A DNA stretch of 64,000 nucleotides, taken from Patescibacteria group bacterium (GTDB taxonomy: Bacteria > Patescibacteriota > Patescibacteriia > UBA9934). Below, piece by piece: positions 49,542 to 59,418 of this stretch; positions within the stretch are counted from its first letter, which is position 1; each line of letters starts with the position of its first letter. Below the pieces are notes generated by a model. That model worked only from the letters and a program-made list of their open reading frames with translations, ran no database searches and was not told the DNA's origin. The stretch is taken from positions 129,629 through 193,628 of the forward strand of contig JAGORL010000002.1 of NCBI GenBank assembly GCA_018062825.1, given 5' to 3'. Both the position numbers and the translations under genes were made by a program.

Positions 49542-50183
49542 CTAGAACGTGTGGTCGCAGGTCGTCGGACCTGGCTCGAGGACTTCGCCGTCGGAGAAGA
49601 GGAAACAGGCGGAACCGCGAGCGAACTGGTCCTGCCAGTAGTACTGGCTGGAGTTCGGCACCTCCGCCCACTCGAGCCGCGACGTGTCGTCGAGGTCGTT
49701 GAGGGCGCGGAAGTTCACGCGGTGTGGGCCTTCGAGGGTGAGGTTGGCGCAACGCCAGGTCTCCCCCGCGTGCTCCCACACATACGCCTCGACGGCCGAG
49801 GTGACCCAGTCGCCGCAAGCGGAGTTGGGATCCTCGGAGTCGGGGACGCCGTCGTTGTCGCAGTCCTCGTCCTCGTCGACCCACGGCTCTCCGGACAGGC
49901 CGTAGCCCACCAGGTATCCGACCTCGGAGTACCCGAACAGATCGTTCCGCCCGCAGAAGCTGGCGACCTGACCGTTCTCGTTCGTGAACGCCAGGTGGTA
50001 CTGCTTCCCGTCGGGCTCGCCGTTCTCGTCGAAGTCGGACGACTCGTCGCCGGCGTCGCGGTCGGGACGGTCGCTGCTCTCGCAGGCGACCTCCTCCCCG
50101 GCGCTGTTGGTGCACACCGGCTGTTGGCAGCCGATGAGGAACAGGGACGCGAGGATGGTGTTCAGGAACAAGCTGCCATTCAT
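49542..50183 (-). CDS. Acidic secreted lipoprotein (about 213 aa) with Asp/Cys-rich segments.
   Basis: The start was trimmed to MNGSLFLNTILASLFLIGC (lipobox). The 37-residue N-terminal extension in the ORF track lacks signal-peptide character. Confidence 0.6.
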   Translation of the reverse strand: MNGSLFLNTILASLFLIGCQQPVCTNSAGEEVACESSDRPDRDAGDESSDFDENGEPDGKQYHLAFTNENGQVASFCGRNDLFGYSEVGYLVGYGLSGEPWVDEDEDCDNDGVPDSEDPNSACGDWVTSAVEAYVWEHAGETWRCANLTLEGPHRVNFRALNDLDDTSRLEWAEVPNSSQYYWQDQFARGSACFLFSDGEVLEPGPTTCDHTF

Positions 50184-50376
50184 GGCGGACTCCAGGATGT
50201 AGGGTTTTCGAACCGGTGGTGAGCATCCACGCCGCTTGCGCAGCGCAGAAGGCGGCGAAGACACTCGCCCGAAAAGCGCTCTAGAGTAAAGCATTTTTCG
50301 GGAGAGACCTTCGCCACTGCTCGCCAGATATAAATCCGTGGAAGTGGGGCCAGAATGGCGCTGTAAAGAACGTAAG

Positions 50377-50405
50377 TTTATACCATTTTTTTACAGAAAT
50401 GTCAA
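50377..50405 (-). promoter_or_regulatory. Extended -10 promoter TTGACA-N17-TGgTATAAA.
   Basis: Minus strand: ccTTGACAtttctgtaaaaaaaTGgTATAAActtac. Confidence 0.5.
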
Positions 50406-50467
50406 GGGTGAAGGGTACAAATGCAGCTAAAATTGGCGGAAATAGCCGTAAAGACGAACAGCATCAT

Positions 50468-50585
50468 AAACCCCTTCCCGAACGAAAGTGCCTCGCCTGT
50501 AGGCTACGGCCGAAGGAGGGATCTGGCTTTCGCGTTAGTCTAAAGTACAGGACCAAGACCCCTCACTTACGTTCGGGGAAGGACC
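50468..50585. other. Candidate structured RNA: 13-bp inverted repeat (ccccttcccgaacg / cgttcggggaagg) closing about 90 nt with internal helices.
   Basis: Seen directly in the 370-nt intergenic region between the lipoprotein promoter and the tsf terminator. Strand and identity are unresolved. Confidence 0.25.
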
Positions 50586-50596
50586 CCTGATTGGTG

Positions 50597-50639
50597 AAAA
50601 AATAAAAACAAAAGAGCATCGGTTTTATCCGAATGCTCT
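50597..50639 (-). terminator. Rho-independent terminator of tsf.
   Basis: Minus strand: agagcauucgg-auaaaa-ccgaugcucu-uuuguuuuuauuuuuu. Confidence 0.7.
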
Positions 50640-50661
50640 TTCATTAACACTTTCTACTCCC

Positions 50662-51255
50662 CTACCCACCCAAAACGATACGAACAAAACGACCAATTTT
50701 GAGATTTTCACCAATCTTAGCGATCTTGCTCTCCAAAAGTTGAGAAATCGTCATGGAATCGTCCTTTACGAACTTCTGGTCCAAAAGACAGATCTCCTCA
50801 TAAAACTTGGTCATCTTGCCTTCCAAGATCTTGGAAACTACCTCAGCTGGCTTGCCTTCGGCAGCGAGCATATCGCGGTGAACAGCCTCTTCACGAGCTA
50901 CAAGGTCAGCTGGCACCTGATCACGAGAAACGTACTGCGGAGCTGCTGCTGCAATGTGCATAGCAAGATCCTGACAAAACTCGACAAAGCCCTCATTGCG
51001 AGCTACGAAGTCCGTTTCACACATGACCTCAATAAGAACTGCGAGCTTACCAGTGCCGTGGGTGTAAGTATGCACACGACCCTCAGCTGTAGCGCGATCC
51101 GCCTTCTTAGCGGCCTTCATAGCGCCACTCTTACGCAAAACGTCTACTGCTTTTTCAAGATCGCCACTAGCTTCAGTAAGCGCCTTCTTGGCGTCCATCA
51201 TGCCAGCTCCGGTCATCTCACGTAGCTTCTGAACATCTGCTGCTGTAAAACTCAT
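50662..51255 (-). CDS. tsf: Elongation factor Ts (short form, 197 aa).
   Basis: MSFTAADVQKLREMTGAGMMDAKKALTEASGDLEKAVDVLRKSG... Confidence 0.9.
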   Translation of the reverse strand: MSFTAADVQKLREMTGAGMMDAKKALTEASGDLEKAVDVLRKSGAMKAAKKADRATAEGRVHTYTHGTGKLAVLIEVMCETDFVARNEGFVEFCQDLAMHIAAAAPQYVSRDQVPADLVAREEAVHRDMLAAEGKPAEVVSKILEGKMTKFYEEICLLDQKFVKDDSMTISQLLESKIAKIGENLKIGRFVRIVLGG

Positions 51256-51313
51256 AGAAAGAAAGAGTTACGCAGGAAAGCGCCAAAGCGGCGCTTTCTC
51301 TACCTAAAATAAG

Positions 51314-52054
51314 TTACTTACTAGCGTCGAGCTTCTGGATCTTGTCCTTCTTGGCTTCCGCTGGAACAACAGACTGCTTCTTGCCTTCAAGGGCAGCAGC
51401 ACCAATCGTGTTAGCAATAAGCTCCAAAGAACCACGAGCGTCATCGTTTGCTGGGATAACGTACGTAATACCAACTGGGTTTACGTTTGTGTCGACCGCA
51501 GCAATAACAGGAACGCCCATAGCGATCGCCTCACGAACAGCGGTCTTCTCAACGCGAGCGTCAAGAACGAAAATCGCGTCCGGCAAACGAGTAACTGTGG
51601 ACATACCACCAATCTTCTCATCAAGTTCAGCGATCTCACGATCAAACTGCAACTGCTCAAGCTTGGTGTACTTCTTCAAATCACCCTTCTCACGCTTATC
51701 CTTCAAATCAAGGTAGTGGCGAATAAGGCGCTGAATCTGAGCAAAGTTCGTAAGGGTACCACCAAGCCAACGAGTGTTGACGTATGGCATACCTGCCTCC
51801 TTTGCAGCCTTGGCAACGATATCCTGTGCCTGAGCCTTGGTTCCTACAAAAAGGATAGAACCACCGCGGCTTGTTGCCGCTGTCACAAAGGAGCCTGCGC
51901 GCTGAAGCGCCTCAGCTGTCTTCTCAACATTGATAACGTGAACACCGCTCTTAACGCCGTAAATAAACGGCTTCATCTTTGGATGCCAGCGGCTCTTTTG
52001 GTGACCGAAGTGGACACCGGCCTTGAGCATCTCAAGGGAAGATGGAATCTTCAT
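51314..52054 (-). CDS. rpsB: 30S ribosomal protein uS2.
   Basis: MKIPSSLEMLKAGVHFGHQKSRWHPKMKPFIYG... Confidence 0.95.
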   Translation of the reverse strand: MKIPSSLEMLKAGVHFGHQKSRWHPKMKPFIYGVKSGVHVINVEKTAEALQRAGSFVTAATSRGGSILFVGTKAQAQDIVAKAAKEAGMPYVNTRWLGGTLTNFAQIQRLIRHYLDLKDKREKGDLKKYTKLEQLQFDREIAELDEKIGGMSTVTRLPDAIFVLDARVEKTAVREAIAMGVPVIAAVDTNVNPVGITYVIPANDDARGSLELIANTIGAAALEGKKQSVVPAEAKKDKIQKLDASK

Positions 52055-52200
52055 AGTTTACTTTCCTTTTTACCACGATAGTGCCCGACAAAGGGCCCAA
52101 GCAAGTGCCTGGGAGGAACCTTTGGGAAAACGCACTATCTGCGTTGAATAAATGTGTTTGAGAGGAAATCTCAGAACGGGGCGAATAGTAGCGAAGAATG

Positions 52201-52247
52201 AATAAAATGGCAAATAAAGAGGTCGACCACCGTGAAAGCAGTCGACC
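52201..52247 (-). terminator. Putative terminator: 7-bp stem GGTCGAC/GTCGACC followed by a U-rich tract.
   Basis: ggtcgaccaccgtgaaagcagtcgacc followed on the minus strand by tctttatttgccatttt. Confidence 0.4.
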
Positions 52248-52259
52248 ACGCTAAGGCCG

Positions 52260-52739
52260 TCATGAAGACCGCGCCTTAGAAAACAACTCATCAACCACCC
52301 GCTCCTGCTCCTGCGCGTAGGCGTTATGCGCCCAAACAAGTCGGCCGCAGCGCAAGCACAGCACACACGTAGTGCCATGACGCTTGGGGGTAACGCTGAA
52401 CCTATCAAGTGCGCTCGGCAGGTAGACGTCAACAAGCTGCTCAGCATGCGATGGCCCGCAGGCAGAGCATGCCGCCGGACGTTCCACCGGACTCGTGAAC
52501 GCATCGAAAAGCCGCATGCACACACGCTCGAGCGTGAGATCAGCCCAACGAGCTTCGAACATCGCCGCGCACCGGTCACACCGCAGATGCGCAACAACCG
52601 ACTGCGTCACCGGCAAGCCGATAACGCCCCGATTGGTCTCCCCCATCTTCTGCATGCGCGTACGAAGCGCAAGTACGCCATCGGCGTACACACACCCTTC
52701 GTGCACCTCACCCGGCATTCGACCAGACCGCCTGACCAT
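52260..52739 (-). CDS. GC-rich Cys-rich hypothetical protein (2x CxxC), possibly DUF177/YceD-like.
   Basis: 'CDRC...CSAC...CVLCLRC' Cys pairs. This is the best of several overlapping ORFs in a GC-rich patch. Confidence 0.35.
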   Translation of the reverse strand: MVRRSGRMPGEVHEGCVYADGVLALRTRMQKMGETNRGVIGLPVTQSVVAHLRCDRCAAMFEARWADLTLERVCMRLFDAFTSPVERPAACSACGPSHAEQLVDVYLPSALDRFSVTPKRHGTTCVLCLRCGRLVWAHNAYAQEQERVVDELFSKARSS

Positions 52740-52760
52740 GAGCCACCTCCAGAAACGATC

Positions 52761-53771
52761 TTACCGAAGAAACATCGCGTCGCCAAATGAAAAGAAGCGA
52801 TACTCCAAACGCTTCGCTTCCTCGTATGCCGCAAGCACTCGCTCACGACCGACAAAAGCCGAAACAAGCACAAGAAGCGTAGACTTTGGTAAATGAAAGT
52901 TTGTAATCAGTCCATCAATCATCAAAAACGTATATCCCGGCTTAATGAACATGTTCACCTCGCCAGCATAAGCAACAAGTTCGCCACCATGAAGTGACGC
53001 CACGCCTTCAAGAACGCGTGTCGTGGTCGTACCAACCGCAACAATCCGCCGACCTTCACGCTTCGCAGTCATGATGCGCGTACTAGCTCCTTCTGAAACA
53101 CTAACCCATTCGCTATGCATCTCATGACCCTCAAGCGTTTCTGACTGCACGGGCCGAAACGTACCAATGCCAACGTGCAAAAGCACGTACTCAATCTGCA
53201 CGCCCTTCGTACGAAGCTTATGCAAAAGTTCATCTGTAAAATGAAAACCTGCCGTTGGAGCCGCTACCGAGCCAACATCTTTGGCGTACACCGTCTGATA
53301 ATCTTTTTCACTCGTAGACGCATCCTTTACGTACGGAGGTGTTGGAATCTGACCAAACTCATTACAAAAAGCGAGCATCTCCCCGGCAGTCATCGTTGTT
53401 TTCAATCGAACAACGCCATCATTAGCTTTGGCAGTAATAACAAATGACTGACCAAAAATACGAACCGTACCTTTTACTGAGAACTTCTTACCCGGCTTAA
53501 GCAAACACTCAACCTCGCCGTCAGCAATTCTCAAAACAAACACTTCAACTCCCCCATCAATCAAACGGGCCTTAAAAACCTTCGAACGATTAAAAACAAG
53601 AACATCTCCGGCGTTAAGTTCATCAATAATGTTAAAAAACTGCCTATGCTCAATAGCGCCCGTGGCTCGATCCATTATTAAAAGCTTGGAGTGATCCCGT
53701 GGATTAACCGATCGCTGAGCGATAAACTCAGGGGGCAATTCGTAGTCAAAATGACTGATCGGCGTTGGCAT
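52761..53771 (-). CDS. queA: S-adenosylmethionine:tRNA ribosyltransferase-isomerase.
   Basis: MPTPISHFDYELPPEFIAQRSVNPRDHSKLLIMDR... with full-length similarity to QueA. Confidence 0.9.
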   Translation of the reverse strand: MPTPISHFDYELPPEFIAQRSVNPRDHSKLLIMDRATGAIEHRQFFNIIDELNAGDVLVFNRSKVFKARLIDGGVEVFVLRIADGEVECLLKPGKKFSVKGTVRIFGQSFVITAKANDGVVRLKTTMTAGEMLAFCNEFGQIPTPPYVKDASTSEKDYQTVYAKDVGSVAAPTAGFHFTDELLHKLRTKGVQIEYVLLHVGIGTFRPVQSETLEGHEMHSEWVSVSEGASTRIMTAKREGRRIVAVGTTTTRVLEGVASLHGGELVAYAGEVNMFIKPGYTFLMIDGLITNFHLPKSTLLVLVSAFVGRERVLAAYEEAKRLEYRFFSFGDAMFLR

Positions 53772-53842
53772 AAGTGGGCATCATGACAAAAAGTCAGGAA
53801 AAAGAAAAGCCCGCCACCAAGATCGCTTGATGGCGGACTGCG

Positions 53843-55087
53843 TCAGACGACGACCTTGCGCTCGGCGTCTGCAAGAAGCGCGCGAGCGTCAGCAAGGATC
53901 TGCTCCTCTTCGCTCAGAGCATGCGCGCAGCGCTCGTACTCCACACAGGTCTGCTCGTAGAGCGCCTTGAGTCGATCCCGCTCCGCTGCAGCCGACTTCT
54001 CGGCGCCGGAAGCGCGCTTCACTGCGCTCGTTGCGTCCTTCACCTGCCGGCGCAAGCCAGCAACGCTCTGCAGAAGCTCCGTCCGCTCCCGCAACCCCCG
54101 AAGCTCCTCCTCGAGATCGTCATCCGACAGCCGAAGCGCTGTCGGTACGACAAGCGGCTCGACGGTGCAACCAGGGGGTTCACGAGTCATGATGGCAGGA
54201 TCCTCCGAGACGAAGTCGTCGACAGACGGAAAGACAGGAACGGGAGACTCTTCAAGCACGATTGCCACCCGCTCGACCACGACCTTGCTCAGGTGTGCGA
54301 TGGCGGCATCGTACTGCTGCGGATCGGGATAGATCCGACTCAGATCCACTTCTCCCTGCACCGCATTCAGTGCCGGCAGCTCAGCAAAGCGCTTCTGCAT
54401 GCGCTCTGGCCGCAAGACGTACACGTTCCCGCGCTTATGGCGCTGGTACACGCGAATCGCCTTCAGCTTGGTGAAGTACTCGAGCGCCTCCCGCTCCGTC
54501 ACCTCACGGAACTCCGGAAGTCCGCACAGCGTTTGCACGAAGTCAGCCGTGAAGACTTCATCTGTCGGGTACGTAGCCTCTACCCGCACCACGACCGCGA
54601 TCAGGTTGCGCAGGCTGGCGTACAGCCTCATGCACACATTGACCACGTCAGTCTGCGAATCTGGTGGTTGGTTCGGCGCCGTTTGCGCCGCCACCGGCTT
54701 CGCGCCCTCATCACCAGCCTCGTCCACGGTGATGTACGAGCCATACTCCTTGATCATCTCGCGCCAGACCTGTAGGCAGGCTGGGCTGAAAGATGCAGTC
54801 TGCACATCCGGGTGTTCCGGGTTCAGGATGAACTCAGGCTCACCCATGTTCGGCCGATCGATCTTGACGACCATGGCCGGTCGGCCAAGTGCCACGTTCG
54901 GTCGTAGCGACACTTGGCGCAGAATATTCGCTGCCGACCGCGTCTCGCGGTTCACGGAGCGCAGACTCTGAAACCGCTTCACTGCGTCTTCCAGACCACC
55001 GATGTAGTCGGAAAGGCCCATCGGCCCGTTTCGCAGCAAGCTCAGCAGAGCCTCCTTGAGGTCCTGTATTGACTCGGACGTTCGCAA
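53843..55087 (-). CDS. GC-rich hypothetical protein with a C-terminal coiled coil. Probable TTG start.
   Basis: 414-aa ORF. An in-frame TGA lies immediately upstream of TTG with the SD-like sequence agaggtg. A promoter lies upstream. Confidence 0.45.
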   Translation of the reverse strand: MRTSESIQDLKEALLSLLRNGPMGLSDYIGGLEDAVKRFQSLRSVNRETRSAANILRQVSLRPNVALGRPAMVVKIDRPNMGEPEFILNPEHPDVQTASFSPACLQVWREMIKEYGSYITVDEAGDEGAKPVAAQTAPNQPPDSQTDVVNVCMRLYASLRNLIAVVVRVEATYPTDEVFTADFVQTLCGLPEFREVTEREALEYFTKLKAIRVYQRHKRGNVYVLRPERMQKRFAELPALNAVQGEVDLSRIYPDPQQYDAAIAHLSKVVVERVAIVLEESPVPVFPSVDDFVSEDPAIMTREPPGCTVEPLVVPTALRLSDDDLEEELRGLRERTELLQSVAGLRRQVKDATSAVKRASGAEKSAAAERDRLKALYEQTCVEYERCAHALSEEEQILADARALLADAERKVVV

Positions 55088-55120
55088 TCGTCACCTCTCA
55101 TATCCCGATTGGGACAGCGA

Positions 55121-55149
55121 ATATTAGCAAAATAAAGGCTCGCAGTCAA
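55121..55149 (-). promoter_or_regulatory. Extended -10 promoter TTGACT-N17-TGcTAATAT.
   Basis: Minus strand: aaGTTGACTgcgagcctttatttTGcTAATATtcgc, about 27 nt before the start. Confidence 0.55.
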
Positions 55150-55214
55150 CTTGATACCCAGCTTGACAACACGGCCCCCATCCCTTACCCTTCCCCCATC
55201 ATAAAAATAACCGT

Positions 55215-55526
55215 ATGAAAGCGGAAATACACCCAGACTACTTCCCAAAGGCCACAATCGCTTGCGCTTGTGGTGCCACCTACACTGTAGGAACAATTAA
55301 GGAACGCATTGATATTGAACTTTGCGCTGCCTGTCACCCATTCTTTACCGGTAAGCAGAAGATCGTTGACTCTGCACGTCGTGTTGAAAAGTTCACCACG
55401 CGTTCAACCGGTCAAGCAGAGGTAAAGGACGCCAAGGCAAAGGCCGCAGAAAAGGCTGCTCGTGCCCAAAAGAAGGCCGAGAAGCGTGCAAACCGCGACG
55501 TCAGCATCCGCTCCGTCAAGGCGTAA
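55215..55526 (+). CDS. rpmE: 50S ribosomal protein bL31 with a Lys/Ala-rich C-terminal extension.
   Basis: MKAEIHPDYFPKATIACACGATYTVGT...CAACHPFFTGKQK. Confidence 0.9.
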   Translation: MKAEIHPDYFPKATIACACGATYTVGTIKERIDIELCAACHPFFTGKQKIVDSARRVEKFTTRSTGQAEVKDAKAKAAEKAARAQKKAEKRANRDVSIRSVKA

Positions 55527-55595
55527 CCACGCTTAGTAAAACGCTTCGTCGCTCCCGCGATGAAGCGTTTTATATTATCCTGATAGTACTATCGT

Positions 55596-56684
55596 ATGGA
55601 CTACTCCCCTATCATCAACGAAAAACGCGCAGAAAAGGAACGCCTAGAAGCAGCGCTCGTTGATCCCGCAAACCTAACAGACACCAAAAAACTCCGCGAA
55701 ATCAATACCGCCTATATTGCGATCCAAAAAATCATGACGATCGCAGAGGCGTATGAGCACATCGCAAACAACCTCAAAAGCGCAGAGACGATGCGAGAAG
55801 ATGCGGATGAAGAGGTGCGCGCCATGGCTGAAGCAGAAATCACAGAACTAAACGCCGCACTCCCAGCTGCACAACGAGCACTAGAACTCGCGCTCGTGCC
55901 AAAAGATCCTGTTGATGACAATGATGCAATCATTGAAATACGTGCCGGAACCGGCGGAGATGAAGCAGCACTTTTTGCGGCCGATCTTTTCCGCATGTAC
56001 AACCGCTTTGCTGAACGCAACAACTGGAAAGTATCACTTATTTCCCAAAGTCAGAACGATCTCGGTGGCTTTAAAGAAATTATCTTTGAAATAAAAGGCG
56101 AAGGCGTGTACGGCACCATGAAACTGGAAAGTGGTGTGCATCGTGTACAACGTGTACCAAGCACCGAAAAAGCCGGTCGCATTCACACCTCAACAATCAC
56201 AGTCGCTGTCCTTCCTAAACTTGAGGAGGAAGAATTTGAAATCAATCCCAAGGACATTTCGATTGAAGCGACAACAAGTACCGGAGCCGGTGGCCAAAGT
56301 GTAAACACCACTTATTCGGCCTGTCGTGTTGTACACGTTCCCACAGGAACAATGGTGTACTGCCAAGACGAGCGATCCTTTAGTCAAAATAAAGAGCGAG
56401 CACTTTCAGTGCTGCGTGCCCGTGTTTACGCCGCAGAACAAGAAAGAAAACAAGCGGCTCTTGATGCCGATCGCCGCGGTCAAATTGGCGGTGGTGAACG
56501 CTCCGAAAAAATCCGCACCTACAACTACCCGCAAGACCGCATTACTGATCACCGTCTCAAGCGTACCTGGCACAACTTGCCAGGAGTTCTCGATGGCGAC
56601 CTACAAGAAGTCGTTGAAGCGCTCAAGCTCGCCTCCCGTGACGCAAAATTTGCTGAACTCGGGCCAGACGAAGACGACGAATAA
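55596..56684 (+). CDS. prfA: Peptide chain release factor 1.
   Basis: GGQ motif ([12 protein letters not shown]) and RF-1 domains. Confidence 0.9.
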   Translation: MDYSPIINEKRAEKERLEAALVDPANLTDTKKLREINTAYIAIQKIMTIAEAYEHIANNLKSAETMREDADEEVRAMAEAEITELNAALPAAQRALELALVPKDPVDDNDAIIEIRAGTGGDEAALFAADLFRMYNRFAERNNWKVSLISQSQNDLGGFKEIIFEIKGEGVYGTMKLESGVHRVQRVPSTEKAGRIHTSTITVAVLPKLEEEEFEINPKDISIEATTSTGAGGQSVNTTYSACRVVHVPTGTMVYCQDERSFSQNKERALSVLRARVYAAEQERKQAALDADRRGQIGGGERSEKIRTYNYPQDRITDHRLKRTWHNLPGVLDGDLQEVVEALKLASRDAKFAELGPDEDDE

Positions 56685-56686
56685 TT

Positions 56687-57598
56687 GTGACAATAGCCCC
56701 CGAAACCATACTCGCCGCCTTAAACCGCGGTGGCGCAGAACTCAAAGCCGCCTGGATCGGGCAATACTTTGCCGTTGAGCAAAGTCCAAAACTAGATGCG
56801 CAGGTACTCATGTGTGCTGCGCTAGGCTATACCTCGGCACAACTCTTTAGTCACGGCAACGAAGCGCTTGTACCGGAAGCGCTTGTTCGTTTTACCGACA
56901 TGCTCGAACGCCGAAAAAAACGCGAACCAATCGCCTATATTCTCGGACAAAAAGAATTTTACGGTCGGACTTTCACAGTAAGTAAATACACGCTCATTCC
57001 TCGCCCTGAAACTGAAATAATCATCGATGAGGTTAAGAAAATCCTCACCTGTGACGATGTTGTGCTTGATATCGGAACGGGCAGTGGCGCGATCGCGATA
57101 ACATGTGCGAGCGAAGGCGCTGAAGGCGTCATTGCAACAGACGTCAGCAAAGAGGCATTAAAGATTGCCAAACGTAACGCCGAACAGCTGTCAGTTGCCG
57201 ATAAAATCATGTTTCTCCATGGCAATCTTGCAGCACCAATTATCCAGGCCTGGCCGCACCTCTTCCCCAAAACCGCCCCGCAACACCTTATCGTCTGCGC
57301 CAACTTACCGTATCTTTCTAAAAATCAATGCGACGCACTTGATGCTGATGTTAAGTTTGAACCACTCAATGCCCTACTTGGCGGCACCGATGGTCTAACA
57401 CTCTACAAAGATCTCTTTTCGCAATTAGCGTCAGCAAAAAATCGCCTTCCTCAAAAAATAACCGTCCTGTGCGAAATCGATCCTTCACAAAAAGAAAAAC
57501 TCACACAAGCTGTGCGTGAGTTTTTTCCGAAAGCAGAAATAGGTATCGTAAACGATCTTGCCAAGCACCCGCGCGTACTTATTGCGACGTTGCGCTAA
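56687..57598 (+). CDS. prmC: Release-factor glutamine N5-methyltransferase (PrmC/HemK).
   Basis: SAM motif 'VLDIGTGSGAIAI' and 'NLPY' (NPPY-type). Immediately downstream of prfA. Confidence 0.85.
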   Translation: MTIAPETILAALNRGGAELKAAWIGQYFAVEQSPKLDAQVLMCAALGYTSAQLFSHGNEALVPEALVRFTDMLERRKKREPIAYILGQKEFYGRTFTVSKYTLIPRPETEIIIDEVKKILTCDDVVLDIGTGSGAIAITCASEGAEGVIATDVSKEALKIAKRNAEQLSVADKIMFLHGNLAAPIIQAWPHLFPKTAPQHLIVCANLPYLSKNQCDALDADVKFEPLNALLGGTDGLTLYKDLFSQLASAKNRLPQKITVLCEIDPSQKEKLTQAVREFFPKAEIGIVNDLAKHPRVLIATLR

Positions 57599-58634
57599 AC
57601 GTCTCTGCACGCGAAAGAGCATCAACAACCTCAATCCACGTGATACCCGCATTAAAGACGATCTCGTCACCAGTATCCATACGATAAAACCGCAGCCTAC
57701 TCGTGCGATCCTCTTTTTGCCAAGTAGCTAAAATGGCATTGCCATTTTGCACCACAAGCGCGTCACCCTCCCCTACAGTACGAATACTTCGTCTGCCGAT
57801 ACTATCAATGACTGAAATATCCGTTGCTAGCACAATAATATTGTCGGCCATTACTAAGCCATCACCTTCAACCGGATATGTGTCTCCGGCCTGTTCGCGC
57901 AAGTAACGATTAAGAACCGCGTCATAATGCCACGTAACGTCATACGCCCCACCAAGCCCAATCGACAACGATCGATCAAGGCCGCTAGGAGCGCCATCTG
58001 CAAACAACCAGGCGTCATAATTCGGAACAAGCTCTGAAAACTCATCAAGCGCCTCGGTGAGATTATCAGTTGATGTATATACGTTATGAGGAGCGTAACG
58101 CGGTGGGGCTCCACGCCAATAATACTCACCCTGGTAAAACTCATTTAAGTCCGGTGTCTGAACTGCGGCAATTTTATCAAGCGCCTCAGGTGAGCCACCA
58201 ACATGAGCGTAAAGCGCATCGAGTTCATCATTCCAATCTACATAATATGGTCGAGCCGAACGCACCGGCCCGATCTTAGCCACATCTTGATCGCTCGAGT
58301 AAAAAGCTAAAAACCGCGGGATACCACCCTCAACCGGCGCTTCGATGACAAGAAATGCTTCTTCAATGCCAGTAAGTGGCCAGGCGTCTATACTGTTTTC
58401 AATCATGACACCAAAAACCTGTGGCAATTCAGGTAACGGTGCATCAATAAGCGTACCCGTGAGCGGATGACGAAAACTTACTTCGGGCTCCGGAGAAAAA
58501 GTTTCCTCAATAACTTCGGCCGGTGAAGGAAGAAAAAGAATGGCTAAGCCAACCAAGATAACAACAAGAAACGCCCCAACTGCCGCACTAGCGGCGCGAA
58601 CTTCCGGCTTCTTAAAAAGTTTTTTGAGATGCAT
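57579..58634 (-). CDS. DUF3048 (YerB-like) membrane-anchored lipoprotein-type protein.
   Basis: N-terminal TM, then 'RHPLTGTLIDAP...MIENSIDAWPLTGIEEAFLVIEAPVEGGIPRFLAFY'. Confidence 0.55.
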   Translation of the reverse strand: MHLKKLFKKPEVRAASAAVGAFLVVILVGLAILFLPSPAEVIEETFSPEPEVSFRHPLTGTLIDAPLPELPQVFGVMIENSIDAWPLTGIEEAFLVIEAPVEGGIPRFLAFYSSDQDVAKIGPVRSARPYYVDWNDELDALYAHVGGSPEALDKIAAVQTPDLNEFYQGEYYWRGAPPRYAPHNVYTSTDNLTEALDEFSELVPNYDAWLFADGAPSGLDRSLSIGLGGAYDVTWHYDAVLNRYLREQAGDTYPVEGDGLVMADNIIVLATDISVIDSIGRRSIRTVGEGDALVVQNGNAILATWQKEDRTSRLRFYRMDTGDEIVFNAGITWIEVVDALSRAETFSATSQ

Positions 58635-58708
58635 ACAGTACGATAAGTGTAGCGCACGATACAAAAATCCCCGTCATGCACAAGGTGCAGACGGGGATTT
58701 TTAATGTA

Positions 58709-59380
58709 TTACTCGGACTTCTTAGCTGCGTCAGCGCCCTCAGCTGCGTCTTCCTTCTTTTCGGTAAGAACTTCAACCTTAGAGATGTCCGCATCAACTG
58801 CGCTATCAAGCGCTGCCATCTCTTCTTCAGAACGAGGAGGCTGTACAGAGGCGATAGCTGCATCAAGATCGGTCAAGATCGTGATACCAGCTGGAATAAC
58901 GATATCGCTTACGCGAATAACGTCATCAAAGGTAGTAAGCTTGCTGATATCTACCTGGATCTCGTGAACAAGAGCATCCGGCAAAGACTCAACTTCTACT
59001 TCTTCCAAAGACTGAATAAGGGTACCGCCAAGGGTCTTAACAGCTGGCGCGTCACCCACAAGGGACAACTGAATGCTGGCCTCAATGGTCTTCGTAAGGT
59101 CAACACGACGGAAATCAGCGTGGGAGAAGAAATCAGTCAAAACATCACGCTGAATGTCAGCGATCAATACCGGGTGGGACTTACCACCAAGCTCAAGATC
59201 AATAACGGTACTCGCACCGGCCTGAGCGTAGATCTTGTTAAAAGCGTTGCGATCAACAACGATCTTAGTTGGTTCGACACCAAAACCGTACAAAATTGCA
59301 GGAACCTTGGCCTCGGCACGCAAAGCGTTGACGTGGCGACCGTTTTCGGAACGGTTTTCAGCGGAAAGTCGGGCGTGTTG
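58709..59380 (-). CDS. rplY: 50S ribosomal protein bL25 (general stress protein Ctc form).
   Basis: MQHARLSAENRSENGRHVNALRAEAKVPAILYG... The start was trimmed to avoid overlap with the SEDS gene. Confidence 0.8.
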   Translation of the reverse strand, partial: QHARLSAENRSENGRHVNALRAEAKVPAILYGFGVEPTKIVVDRNAFNKIYAQAGASTVIDLELGGKSHPVLIADIQRDVLTDFFSHADFRRVDLTKTIEASIQLSLVGDAPAVKTLGGTLIQSLEEVEVESLPDALVHEIQVDISKLTTFDDVIRVSDIVIPAGITILTDLDAAIASVQPPRSEEEMAALDSAVDADISKVEVLTEKKEDAAEGADAAKKSE

Positions 59381-59418
59381 CATAATGCGCGCTATTTTTC
59401 CGGAATTCAGTAAAATTG

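Noticed and set aside
49542-50294. Longer 250-aa version of the last lipoprotein ORF, starting at 50294.
   Set aside because: The 37-residue N-terminal extension (MLYSRALFGRVSSPPSALRKRRGCSPP...) is not a signal peptide. The internal Met gives MNGSLFLNTILASLFLIGC with a canonical lipobox, so the shorter start is preferred.
50468-50585. Assignment of the upstream-of-tsf hairpin region as SRP RNA, RNase P RNA or tmRNA.
   Set aside because: I could not find the conserved SRP domain-IV GGAA/AGCAG motifs, the RNase P 'GGAAAGUCCGG' motif or the tmRNA tag-reading-frame features. It is reported only as an unclassified structured candidate.
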